Shown: piece by piece, positions 18,116 to 26,921 of the stretch
Layout: each line of letters starts with the position of its first letter
How positions within the stretch are numbered: position 1 is the first letter of the stretch
Translations under genes and position numbers: made by a program
Assembly: GCA_964490395.1 (NCBI GenBank)
Contig: CAZBAS010000004.1
Location: 30,615 to 94,614 of the forward strand
DNA: 64,000 nucleotides
DNA from: an uncultured Candidatus Saccharibacteria bacterium
GTDB lineage: Bacteria; Patescibacteriota; Doudnabacteria; UBA920
Direction: 5' to 3'
Notes under the pieces: model-generated
The model's database searches: none
Told to the model about the DNA's origin: nothing
The model's input: only the letters and a program-made list of their open reading frames with translations

Positions 18116-19357
18116 GTGAAATTCATCGGTGAAATAAAATTAGTTATCAAAGGTTTGCTGTCCCGCAAAGGACGGTCGTTTTTGACGATTCTGGGAATTG
18201 TGATAGGAGTGGCGGGTGTTATTACTATTATTTCTCTTGGTGCGGGCGCGCAGAGCTTGGTGTTGTCGCAATTAACGTCCCTCGGAAGTAATTTAGTTGG
18301 TATTTTACCGGGCAAATCAAACGAAACAGGGCCTCCAGCGGCTGTGTTTGGGGTGCAAATTACGACTTTAACACTGGACGATGCTCATGCGTTATTAAAT
18401 AACCCAAGACTGCCCCATGTAGCAGCAGTAGCTGCGTTTACAAGAGGTAGCGCTACAGTAGTATGGAGAAACAAAGATGTAGACACGAGCTTTACTGCAA
18501 CAGAAGGCAGCTTACCCGACGTGCAAAACACACCTATTGCAGTAGGGCGGTTTTTTGACGAACGCGAAGAAAGAAGCGGTGCAAATGTTATTGTACTGGG
18601 CTGGGACGTAAAGAATGAGCTTTTTGATACGCAAGACCCCATTGGCCAGGTGGTAAAAATAAAAAACATACCATTTGAAGTAATTGGTGTAACCAAAAAG
18701 CAGGGGACTGTGGCGTTTCAAAACCAGGACGACCAAGTATATATGCCCCTATCCATTGGGCAAAAACAAATTTTAGGAATAAATTACTTGCAGTTTATTC
18801 GCGCGCGCATAGACCAGACTGCGTTTGTAAAGTCCACCATTGCCGACATAGAACAGTTGTTAAAGGAGCGGCATCGTATTCGTACTGAGGCGGAGGTGGA
18901 TTACTCTGTGCGGGATTTAGCAGACGCCATAAAACTGATAGGAAGCATTACAGACGCGCTTAAATATTTTCTTGCGGCCATGGCAGCGCTTAGTCTTGTG
19001 GTAGGGGGCATAGGTATAATGAACATTATGTTGGTTACGGTTGCAGAGCGTACGCGCGAGATAGGCCTGCGTAAGGCCGTGGGCGCCACAAATAAAAATA
19101 TTCGTAATCAATTTTTGCTTGAGTCCAGCACCGTAACGCTGCTTGGCGGCATAGTTGGTATTATTATAGGCTCACTTCTTGCCTATGGTGCTGCGCTGGG
19201 TGCGCGCTACGCCGGCTATACCTGGGACTTTGTTATTTCCCCGGTGTCTATTTTGGTTGCGGTTGGGGTATCGGTTGGAGTAGGGGTCCTCTTTGGTTAC
19301 TACCCCGCCCGCAAGGCCGCAAAACTGAACCCGATTGAAGCGCTAAGGTACGAATAA
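18116..19357 (+). CDS. ABC transporter permease, FtsX/MacB-like
   Basis: N-terminal TM, large extracytoplasmic domain, then 3 C-terminal TM helices with FtsX-like features. Confidence 0.8.
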   Translation: MKFIGEIKLVIKGLLSRKGRSFLTILGIVIGVAGVITIISLGAGAQSLVLSQLTSLGSNLVGILPGKSNETGPPAAVFGVQITTLTLDDAHALLNNPRLPHVAAVAAFTRGSATVVWRNKDVDTSFTATEGSLPDVQNTPIAVGRFFDEREERSGANVIVLGWDVKNELFDTQDPIGQVVKIKNIPFEVIGVTKKQGTVAFQNQDDQVYMPLSIGQKQILGINYLQFIRARIDQTAFVKSTIADIEQLLKERHRIRTEAEVDYSVRDLADAIKLIGSITDALKYFLAAMAALSLVVGGIGIMNIMLVTVAERTREIGLRKAVGATNKNIRNQFLLESSTVTLLGGIVGIIIGSLLAYGAALGARYAGYTWDFVISPVSILVAVGVSVGVGVLFGYYPARKAAKLNPIEALRYE

Positions 19358-19828
19358 GTATCGATGCTAATATACTAATTTACTAATGAATACTAATTAT
19401 ACAAATAAAAACCAAAAGTTAATTTATCCGGAACTCTCTTTTATAATAACTGGGATATGTTTCGATGTTCACAATGCACAAGGGAGGTTTTGCCGAGAAA
19501 AACAATATGCCGATGCAATAGAAATAATATTAAAGGAGCGTCAAATTCCTTATGCAAGAGAGCATAGAGTTGTAGATACAGGCAATGTCATTGATTTCAT
19601 TATTGATGATAGAATTGTCCTAGAACTCAAAGCAAAGAGGCTCATAGAAAAAGACGACTTTTATCAAGTACAACGATATCTGCAGTCTACAAATAAACCA
19701 TTGGGTTTGTTGGTAAACTTTAGAAATCGTTATATAAAACCCATTAGGATTGTCCGAATTGATACGGATGCGCGACAGCGCTTTCTGGATTAGTATCATT
19801 AGTAAATTAGTATATTAGCATCGATACT
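19358..19828 (+). mobile_element. Putative small mobile element: about 38-bp terminal inverted repeats enclosing a single GxxExxY/PD-(D/E)XK gene
   Basis: Left end agtatcgatgctaatatactaatttactaatgaatacta and right end tagtatcattagtaaattagtatattagcatcgatact are reverse complements apart from one indel. Inserted exactly between the stop of one permease gene and the start of the next. Two miniature ORF-less copies occur elsewhere. Confidence 0.55.
19386..19793 (+). CDS. GxxExxY-family protein (PD-(D/E)XK nuclease superfamily)
   Basis: PELSFIITGICFDVHNAQG...YADAIEIILKERQIPYAREHRV...VIDFIIDDRIVLELKAKR...LGLLVNFRN matches the family consensus pattern. Confidence 0.65.
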   Translation: MNTNYTNKNQKLIYPELSFIITGICFDVHNAQGRFCREKQYADAIEIILKERQIPYAREHRVVDTGNVIDFIIDDRIVLELKAKRLIEKDDFYQVQRYLQSTNKPLGLLVNFRNRYIKPIRIVRIDTDARQRFLD

Positions 19829-21079
19829 ATGCGAACAGCATTTAAACAAGCCTACCGAGGCCTCACCATTAACCCAGCACGCACAGCGCTAACCACGCTG
19901 GGTATTGTTATTGGCATTGCTACAGTTATAGTCGTACTGAGTGCGGGTGCAGGTTTTCGCAGCTTTATAAACTATCAAATAGACCAGTTCGGAAGCAATA
20001 CGGTATATATTCAAACGAAAGTACCGCCGAGCACAAAACAACGGGCACGTGGTGGAGGCGGGGCAGACCAGGCTAACCAGGCAGTACAAATTACGACCCT
20101 CAGAAATCGCGACGTAGAAGATGTGGCCCAGCTCAAAGGTGTGGTGGGGACGTATGGAGCGGTCATTGGCCAGAAAGTGGCGAGCTATAAACAAATTAGC
20201 AAGAATGCATTTATATTTGGCTCGAGCGCATCACGGTTCAAAATAGATAAAGGCGCACTCGCCGAGGGTCGCCCTTACTCCGAACAGGAAGATGCTGCTG
20301 CTGACCAGGTAGCCATCCTTGGGGCGGATATAGCAAAAGACTTGTTTGGTAGCGACACGGGTATAGGTAAAACCATTCGGGTAGGGAATCTGAATTTCAT
20401 TGTCATTGGAGTATACGAACGCCGGGGCAGCTTTGGGTTTAGTAACGACGACCAGCAAGTGTTTATCCCGCTGCAAACCGCTCAGAAAAAACTCCTCGGT
20501 ATAGACCACTTACTGTATATGGTTGCGCAGATTGATAGTTCAGATAATACAGCTCCTGTCGCAGAAGATATACGCATCGTACTTCGTCATAACCACGAAA
20601 TAAAAGACCCAGCCAAAGATGACTTTGACGTACAAAACCAAGCGCAGGCTTTGGAGACGTTTAACGTTATTCTCAAAGGTATAACGCTCTTACTTATTGC
20701 AGTGGCGGCCATAAGTTTGCTGGTTGGCGGTGTGGGCATTATGAACATTATGTACGTGGTCGTTACTGAACGCATTTCCGAGATTGGTCTTAAAAAGGCT
20801 CTTGGCGCAACCCCAAATAACATTCTCAGTGAGTTTTTAATAGAAGCAGTACTCCTTACGTTCCTGGGGGGCATTATTGGTATACTACTTGGCGCACTGG
20901 TGTCGTACGGCATTAGCCTTGCCGCAAACGCGTTTGGCTTTGCCTGGGCATTTAGCGTGCCGCTCAGCGGCATTGCCCTGGGTATGGGCGTTTCTGGCGG
21001 CATAGGACTACTCTTTGGCGTATTTCCCGCCCGCCGCGCCGCCAAGCTCGACCCGATGGAAGCCCTCCGCTACGAATAA
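19829..21079 (+). CDS. ABC transporter permease, FtsX/MacB-like (paralogue of 18116..19357)
   Basis: Same architecture as the upstream permease. C-terminal PARRAAKLDPMEALRYE matches the upstream PARKAAKLNPIEALRYE. Confidence 0.8.
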   Translation: MRTAFKQAYRGLTINPARTALTTLGIVIGIATVIVVLSAGAGFRSFINYQIDQFGSNTVYIQTKVPPSTKQRARGGGGADQANQAVQITTLRNRDVEDVAQLKGVVGTYGAVIGQKVASYKQISKNAFIFGSSASRFKIDKGALAEGRPYSEQEDAAADQVAILGADIAKDLFGSDTGIGKTIRVGNLNFIVIGVYERRGSFGFSNDDQQVFIPLQTAQKKLLGIDHLLYMVAQIDSSDNTAPVAEDIRIVLRHNHEIKDPAKDDFDVQNQAQALETFNVILKGITLLLIAVAAISLLVGGVGIMNIMYVVVTERISEIGLKKALGATPNNILSEFLIEAVLLTFLGGIIGILLGALVSYGISLAANAFGFAWAFSVPLSGIALGMGVSGGIGLLFGVFPARRAAKLDPMEALRYE

Positions 21080-21083
21080 CCTC

Positions 21084-21122
21084 CTTGAAAAATAATTTCA
21101 CAATTGTACAAATATTTTTCAA
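21084..21122. repeat. 39-bp inverted repeat, left copy, flanking the 21156..21851 gene
   Basis: cttgaaaaataatttcacaattgtacaaatatttttcaa. Its reverse complement matches 21852..21890 at 37 of 39 positions. Contains overlapping palindromes ttgtacaa and acaattgt. Confidence 0.7.
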
Positions 21123-21155
21123 TAGCGATTAGTACATAACAATAGTGTAAACCCT

Positions 21156-21851
21156 ATGGGTTATACGAAAGTAAATTCAGATGGTACGCAAGCACTCGCT
21201 ACTGTAGTACGTGCGAGTTTGGGGGTCACAGCGCCAGCAAAACCGTTACTATCACCTGAAAGCATTCATGACTTAAAGAGGGTAGGGGAAATTACACTGG
21301 CACTTGTGGCCATGGTCGGTGCAACAGCGCTAACCATTGTGGCGCCGTCAATATGGAGAGCCGTGAGTGTTGCCCAAAAGATATATAAAGCAACCAGGCG
21401 TGCTACGCCGCGACAAAGCCGCACGCTCGCGCAAGCCATCTACTATTTGAAGAAGCGTGGGTATGTGCGCATAGAACCAAATGGCTTGGGGGATTATATT
21501 ATCTCACTGACACATAAAGGCAAAAGTCGTGTAAGCGAGATAGAATTTAATGCCCTACACGTACCAAAACCTACAATATGGGACAAATCTTGGTGGTGCG
21601 TAGCAGGGGACATACCAACCAAAGAACATCGAGCAGGGGCTGACTTGCTTCGCCGCAAGTTAAAACATATGGGTTTTGCTTCGCTGCAACGTAGTATGTG
21701 GTTTTATCCATTTGACCCTCGCAAGGAAATAAATACAATTACTGAAACGTATCACATTGGTAAGTATGTTACCGTTATGCAGGTGGTAAAGATGGACAAG
21801 GACGACGAAGTAGTACTGAAGCGCCATTTTAAAAAACTCAGAATACTGTAG
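21156..21851 (+). CDS. Hypothetical protein, possibly a PaaX-like winged-helix regulator
   Basis: C-terminal WDKSWWCVAGDIPTKEHRAGADLLRRKLKHMGFASLQRSMWFYP resembles the PaaX C-terminal pattern W.G.W.LV...P...R..LR..L...GFG.L..G.W..P. Confidence 0.35.
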   Translation: MGYTKVNSDGTQALATVVRASLGVTAPAKPLLSPESIHDLKRVGEITLALVAMVGATALTIVAPSIWRAVSVAQKIYKATRRATPRQSRTLAQAIYYLKKRGYVRIEPNGLGDYIISLTHKGKSRVSEIEFNALHVPKPTIWDKSWWCVAGDIPTKEHRAGADLLRRKLKHMGFASLQRSMWFYPFDPRKEINTITETYHIGKYVTVMQVVKMDKDDEVVLKRHFKKLRIL

Positions 21852-21890
21852 TTGAAAAATATTTGTACAATTGTGGAATAATTTTTCAAG
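21852..21890. repeat. 39-bp inverted repeat, right copy
   Basis: ttgaaaaatatttgtacaattgtggaataatttttcaag. Confidence 0.7.
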
Positions 21891-22027
21891 AGTGTAGGAG
21901 TCGGATGGTGTGAGGGGTGTTATGGCGGGGATTTGTGGGATGGGTGCTGGACGGAGGAGGGAGCTTTGAGGTACTATGTAGATATTGTATCGTAAGTAAT
22001 TTTAGTAAACGGAGCATTGGAAGTTAT

Positions 22028-22660
22028 ATGCCATATTTAATTTTAGTAAGACACGGAAAATCAGAGTGGAACCAGCTTGGTTTGTGGACGGGGCATACCG
22101 AAACGGATTTAAATGAAGAGGGAAAGGTAGAGGCCCGCAGGGCTGGTCACGCCTTACAAGATACTCCTATCCATAAAATACACGTTTCAGACATGAGACG
22201 TGCGCAGCAAACGGCGGAAGAAATTAAAACAGCGCTCGGCATTGGCCATATTGAACACGCAACTCACCCCGCACTTAAGGAACGCCACTACGGCATATAT
22301 ACAGGCAAGAATAAATGGCAAGTGAAAGAAGAAATAGGCGAGGAAGAGTTTCAAAAAATTCGGCGCGGCTGGGATACAATAATTCCAGAAGGAGAATCTC
22401 TTAAGGATGTGCACGACCGTATAACCAAATACTACGAAGAAGAGATAAAGCCTCAACTACGAGAAGGCCATAATGTGCTCATAGTTGCTCATGGCAATTC
22501 ACTCAGGGCACTCGCTAAATATATAGAAGGTCTTACCGAAGAAGAAGTAACTGCACTCGAAATAGGCACCGGAGAAATCCATTTCTACCATATGGATAGC
22601 GATGCTAACATGACCAAGAAAGAAATCCGCTCAACAAGCGAAAATAAAGGCAAAGTCTAA
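22028..22660 (+). CDS. gpmA: Histidine-phosphatase-family phosphoglycerate mutase (2,3-BPG-dependent type)
   Basis: LILVRHGKSEWN catalytic His motif. The track ORF start at 21917 is an upstream extension. Confidence 0.65.
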   Translation: MPYLILVRHGKSEWNQLGLWTGHTETDLNEEGKVEARRAGHALQDTPIHKIHVSDMRRAQQTAEEIKTALGIGHIEHATHPALKERHYGIYTGKNKWQVKEEIGEEEFQKIRRGWDTIIPEGESLKDVHDRITKYYEEEIKPQLREGHNVLIVAHGNSLRALAKYIEGLTEEEVTALEIGTGEIHFYHMDSDANMTKKEIRSTSENKGKV

Positions 22661-22687
22661 CAACTGAAGATAAAATTCCAAGGACCA

Positions 22688-22800
22688 CATAACAAATTAC
22701 AAACAAATCCCAATATCGAAATTCAAATTTCCAAAACCAGATATTAGTGCTTAAAATTTGTGATTTATTTGGTACTTGATACTTGTTATTTGGTGCTTTA
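22688..22800. repeat. Intergenic repeat, family D, copy 1
   Basis: taacaaattacaaacaaatcccaatatcgaaattcaaatttccaaaac matches the core at 47596..47710 (taacaaactacaaacaaatcacaactcccaattttccaaac). Confidence 0.45.
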
Positions 22801-23330
22801 ATAAACTTATGGGTTTAATTCGAAACTTACAAAGAAACATAAAAGAAAAAATTGAGAAACATCAACATGGATTGTATGTAGTGTTGGTATTTCCTATTGC
22901 CTTTGCTTGTCTTATAACCTTTGCCAGCGCGCGAGTAATAAGCGTGTACTGGCCGTGGTATTACATACAGTGGTCACCAGGACTGCACGTGCACCATTTT
23001 GCGTATGGTTTTTTTGTGCTAGCGGCGTCTGGCTACCTTGCCCTCATATTTAGTGGTCCTCGAGCAAAATTTCTTATCTCACTTTTATATGGTATCGGGC
23101 TTGGTATGGCGTTTGACGAGTTCGCTATGTGGATTCACTTACGGGAAGATGATGTTGCTCGGTGGCAGTACGACGGCATTGTGGTAGTTGCGAGTATATT
23201 CTTTGTGCTTATTACCCTCCAGCCAGGTATAAGGTTTTTAACGCACCACTGGCCGTTTACACGTAAAAAACTTATTTCTGAGCATGTAACCAGGCAACCG
23301 TTTAGCTGGGATGAGCAGAAAAATCCTTAG
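22776..23330 (+). CDS. Hypothetical integral membrane protein
   Basis: Four hydrophobic helices. The start is uncertain and could be at M12. Confidence 0.4.
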   Translation: MILVIWCFNKLMGLIRNLQRNIKEKIEKHQHGLYVVLVFPIAFACLITFASARVISVYWPWYYIQWSPGLHVHHFAYGFFVLAASGYLALIFSGPRAKFLISLLYGIGLGMAFDEFAMWIHLREDDVARWQYDGIVVVASIFFVLITLQPGIRFLTHHWPFTRKKLISEHVTRQPFSWDEQKNP

Positions 23331-23506
23331 AGTTAAGCCATGTTCCGAGTTCGCTCGGCTAAGTTGCAAAAAACTGTGCAAAACCCCTTGATTTTACAGG
23401 GGTTTTTGTTATTGTAGATACAGAGCCTAACAAAACGCATTCGCGGCATTGTATGGCATAAGTCCTTGGGACACATAATTAATAGCCTTAACGGCAAAAC
23501 GAAACA

Positions 23507-23779
23507 ATGACTAAAACAGAGTTACTCCAGACTCTTGCTGAGAAACTTGGCAAGACCCGCAAAGAAGTAAGCGAGATGATAGAAGCCCTCGTAGAGATGG
23601 CTTACACTGAAACCAAGAAGCATGGTGAATTCACCCTTCCTGGTCTTGGAAAACTCGTAAAGAAGCGCCGCGATGCACGCCAGGGTCGCAACCCAGCAAC
23701 TGGTGAAACCATCCAGATTCCTGCTAAGACTGTTGTGAAGTTCCGCCTTGCAAAAGCAGCTAAGGATGCAATCCTTTAA
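23507..23779 (+). CDS. hup: DNA-binding protein HU
   Basis: 90 aa. GEFTLPGLGKLVKKRRDARQGRNPATGETIQIPAKTVVKFR is the HU beta-arm signature. Confidence 0.9.
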   Translation: MTKTELLQTLAEKLGKTRKEVSEMIEALVEMAYTETKKHGEFTLPGLGKLVKKRRDARQGRNPATGETIQIPAKTVVKFRLAKAAKDAIL

Positions 23780-23784
23780 ATAAT

Positions 23785-23816
23785 AAAAAACCCAGCCAAT
23801 ACGGCTGGGTTTTTTA
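23785..23816. terminator. Bidirectional intrinsic terminator after hup
   Basis: aaaaacccagcc-aata-cggctgggttttt. Confidence 0.8.
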
Positions 23817-23827
23817 TTATTTAAAGC

Positions 23828-23914
23828 AATGTCCAATTTCTAATATCTAATTCTTAATGAGTAGGGCAGTCTTTTGTCCTACTTTAGACATTAGAAATTA
23901 GGTATTAGATATTT
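23828..23914. repeat. AT-rich palindromic repeat, family A, copy 1
   Basis: aatgtccaatttctaatatctaattcttaatg ... gacattagaaattaggtattagatattt. Confidence 0.6.
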
Positions 23915-24302
23915 ACTCTAGATGAAGCACCTTATTCACTGTATTCAATATTTCTTCCGTCGTGAAATACGCCTTTATCATATAGTCGGAAACCTTGAGC
24001 TCTCGAACACGCAGAATATCCTGGTCGTTCCAAATATTTGATAGAATAATTACAGGGGTATTGGCTATGGCAGGGTCCGGGTTTTTGCGGATGGTTTCCA
24101 AAACTGTGAAGCCGTCCACCTCGGGGAGCATCAGGTCGAGTAAAACCAGGTCTGGGTGCTCACGATCGAACACGACTAAACCTTCTTTACCATCGGCTGC
24201 CTGGCTTACTAAAAAGCCATGAGATTGAAGTTTATGGGCCACTATGTCCCGCATAGCGCCTTCATCCTCCACCACCAATATTTTCTTAGGCTGTTCGTCC
24301 AT
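23913..24302 (-). CDS. Stand-alone response-regulator receiver-domain protein (CheY-like)
   Basis: KILVVEDEGAMRD...LVLLDLMLPEVDG...VIILS: conserved DD, D and K of a receiver domain. Confidence 0.8.
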   Translation of the reverse strand: MDEQPKKILVVEDEGAMRDIVAHKLQSHGFLVSQAADGKEGLVVFDREHPDLVLLDLMLPEVDGFTVLETIRKNPDPAIANTPVIILSNIWNDQDILRVRELKVSDYMIKAYFTTEEILNTVNKVLHLE

Positions 24303-24421
24303 ATTATAATAAGCTATATTGCTATAGTATCTGCTTTTACTAGCATATCATACTTAAAAATCTTTACAACTAATCCCTGAAGCCTTCCACCACATTACCA
24401 CTGTGCAAGAAGGTTACTAGC

Positions 24422-25471
24422 ATGACACATCATTTAGCAGCCCAGGATCTCCGCACAGTTTTCTCAGCGCTCCCTGAGCTTGCGCGTTACAAAACTTACG
24501 CTACAGAGCCCTTTGAATGCGATATTCGGGTTATACGGCCGTTGCTTGATACATCTCCTATATCTGACCAGCAAATTGCCCTTTTAAGCACCCTGAGAGG
24601 CTCCTATGCTCGGTACGGCTCAGTACCAGCCATAGATGAATACGATACCAAATCATGCACCTACATAGGCATGGTACATAGCCAGTGTCCATGCGGAAGG
24701 TCGGAAAAGCATAGAGCTGTAGAGTGGCATAGCATACGGTTTATACCAGCTGCGGGGAAGCCAGATGGGACTGACGATTTTGCGCTCTGCGTGGTCAAGA
24801 CAGGTACCCTTAATACGCTCTTGCAAAGTACGCTCTTTTCTAATAGGCCAGATTACGAAAAATACTTAGTAAGTATTACTCGTATATGCGCTACGCCGCG
24901 GTATTGCCTGCTAGACAATATGGAGCTTACTTACAGAGTGGGCACTGCAGCAAATTTCTGGCTCATGAATAAAACTTTTTATGGTGTATATGCAGAACAA
25001 GGGTTTACGCACATGACCGGACTGTTCCGAAATGATTTAACCTCGCGACTACTGGTAGACGCGAGTAAGCCGCCAGAGACCATATTCACTCCCGCCTATA
25101 CCGTCCTTGGACTTCCCCCAGATGCCATTACCATAAATCGGGGACTGGCTGGGTACCGATGGCCTGCGTATTTTCTGAATACGAACGACCTCGTGCAAAC
25201 ACTTACGCAGCTCGCTCAAACGGGGAAAGTGTCAAAAGCTTTTGTTGATACAGCCGTAGCAGATGGATTCCAAAACTTTGGTGGCATACTGCAAGCCATG
25301 GGTCCCATACCGCACACTTCAGTAACGGGCGAGGAGCTCCGAAGTATTGTAAACGCACAGGTGTCAGACGGCCCACTGCTCCGACTGTTCCCATTACCGA
25401 CCTGGCAAAAAACCATCGAACAGCAAGTAGCAGCCCTGCATGTACAAGCAGTAGCGCCAGTGAGTATATAA
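24422..25471 (+). CDS. Hypothetical protein (349 aa) with Cys cluster CTYIGMVHSQCPCG
   Basis: ORF only. Lies 18 bp upstream of the E1-like gene, probably co-transcribed. Confidence 0.45.
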   Translation: MTHHLAAQDLRTVFSALPELARYKTYATEPFECDIRVIRPLLDTSPISDQQIALLSTLRGSYARYGSVPAIDEYDTKSCTYIGMVHSQCPCGRSEKHRAVEWHSIRFIPAAGKPDGTDDFALCVVKTGTLNTLLQSTLFSNRPDYEKYLVSITRICATPRYCLLDNMELTYRVGTAANFWLMNKTFYGVYAEQGFTHMTGLFRNDLTSRLLVDASKPPETIFTPAYTVLGLPPDAITINRGLAGYRWPAYFLNTNDLVQTLTQLAQTGKVSKAFVDTAVADGFQNFGGILQAMGPIPHTSVTGEELRSIVNAQVSDGPLLRLFPLPTWQKTIEQQVAALHVQAVAPVSI

Positions 25472-25489
25472 ATAACCAACACATAATTT

Positions 25490-26758
25490 ATGCAACAATC
25501 TCATACGATTGGTAAGCCATTACTTATACCTGCTGCTGCCAGTCATAGAACAAAGCGGGTGCAATACAAAAAAGATGGCACTGTCATGCTCTCCCTTGGA
25601 AAGGGCCAAGTAGTGGCCATTCCAAAAAGCAAACAGTACGACCTAACCCAAGCAACCATATTTGGCTTGAATGAACGGTTGACCATGGCTGCCACCTCTC
25701 CAGTCGTAGACAAGCGCGGGAAAACATTGCGCGAGCTCTTTAATGCAGAGTGGCAAAAATACGCCCAGGCCTTGGAAAAAGCAAAAAAAGGGACCCTGGA
25801 TTACGGAGTCTATGCCTATTACGAACGGAGTGGTGACTTAGTCCGGTACGCCGACCCCTACTGGCACAAAGTAGTTAGCATGGCGAGCAATTCCATGCTT
25901 ATAGCTGATCAAAAGCAAAAACTCTCGTGGAAAGAAATTCGCGCAATATTCGATACAACTACAGTTGGAGTAGTAGGTGCCAGCGTTGGTGGGAGCATTA
26001 TGCACACCACAGTCATGGACCTGCGACCCAACCACATCAAAGTGGCGGATAAAAGTTTATATAAACTGGAGAATGTAAACCGAGTACGCCTTCGTTACTC
26101 AGAAGTGGTGGAGTCTAACGAAAAAAGAACAAGCGCTACAGATTCTTTGCTCAGAAACAAAGCCATCGTAACTGCTGAACAAATTTATGCAATAGACCCC
26201 TTTATTACCGTACATGCATACAGCGAAGGTATAAACCTTGGGAACATTGACCGGTTTTTTAAGGGTGGCGCAGGGGAGCCAAAAGTAGACATTTTAGTAG
26301 AAGAAGTAGACGATGCACAAATGAAAGTTACGCTCCGCGAGTACGCCCGAAAACACCGCATACCACTACTTATGGTGAGTGACTTTGGTTCGAACGTGCA
26401 ATTGGATATTTCACGGTTCGACCTTGACCCAAAACTTTCGCTCACTTACGGCACACCAGATAAAAAACTACACGAAGCTACTGCAGCTGTGTACGCACGA
26501 GGCGGCGAAGTCTCTGCATTTTTTGACTTTGTAGATGCGCTGGTGGGACGGGATTACAGAGCAGGGGAGTTGGATATGATCCTTAACCAAAAGTGTGAAA
26601 TACCTACTTCAACTATTATTCCGCAGCTCGGATCAACTATATCAACAGCAGCCGGTATAATGGCAGAAACCATTGCGCGCATCCGCCTTGGCTGGAAAAA
26701 CCACCCTCGCCGCATGGTGTTTAATAAACGAGATTTTACCATAAAACTGTATAGCTAG
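25490..26758 (+). CDS. E1-like (ThiF/MoeB/HesA-fold) adenylyltransferase-superfamily protein with a ~130-aa N-terminal extension
   Basis: Gly-rich Rossmann loop VGVVGASVGGS, then VADKSLYKLENVNRV (compare ThiF D..V..SNLNRQ), and later LLMVSDFGSNVQLD. Confidence 0.55.
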   Translation: MQQSHTIGKPLLIPAAASHRTKRVQYKKDGTVMLSLGKGQVVAIPKSKQYDLTQATIFGLNERLTMAATSPVVDKRGKTLRELFNAEWQKYAQALEKAKKGTLDYGVYAYYERSGDLVRYADPYWHKVVSMASNSMLIADQKQKLSWKEIRAIFDTTTVGVVGASVGGSIMHTTVMDLRPNHIKVADKSLYKLENVNRVRLRYSEVVESNEKRTSATDSLLRNKAIVTAEQIYAIDPFITVHAYSEGINLGNIDRFFKGGAGEPKVDILVEEVDDAQMKVTLREYARKHRIPLLMVSDFGSNVQLDISRFDLDPKLSLTYGTPDKKLHEATAAVYARGGEVSAFFDFVDALVGRDYRAGELDMILNQKCEIPTSTIIPQLGSTISTAAGIMAETIARIRLGWKNHPRRMVFNKRDFTIKLYS

Positions 26759-26921
26759 CGTTATATTACCCCCTGTAATAACGAAGGCGAAAAACTTCCT
26801 ACATAGTTGCACTATTTACTGGGTCGCTGCATAATACACTCTCATATTCAACAGGAGGGTATGATGTATTAGCGGTTAATATCCTGGATTACTCCCACCC
26901 ACTAAATAAGGAGACTGATTT

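Noticed and set aside
21917-22027. 5' extension of the phosphoglycerate-mutase ORF (track start 21917), and similar extensions for rpmA (47671), gltX (39593) and the HK gene (28763).
   Set aside because: The conserved N-terminal motifs begin at internal Met codons with better SD context. The extensions are non-conserved and overlap upstream repeats or divergent gene starts.
24422-25471. The 349-aa protein upstream of the E1-like gene could be the YcaO cyclodehydratase of a TOMM cluster.
   Set aside because: No YcaO ATP-binding motifs (E-x-x-E-R blocks such as GEYFERL / SEVFERY) can be found by eye. This leaves the cassette without a recognisable D-protein.
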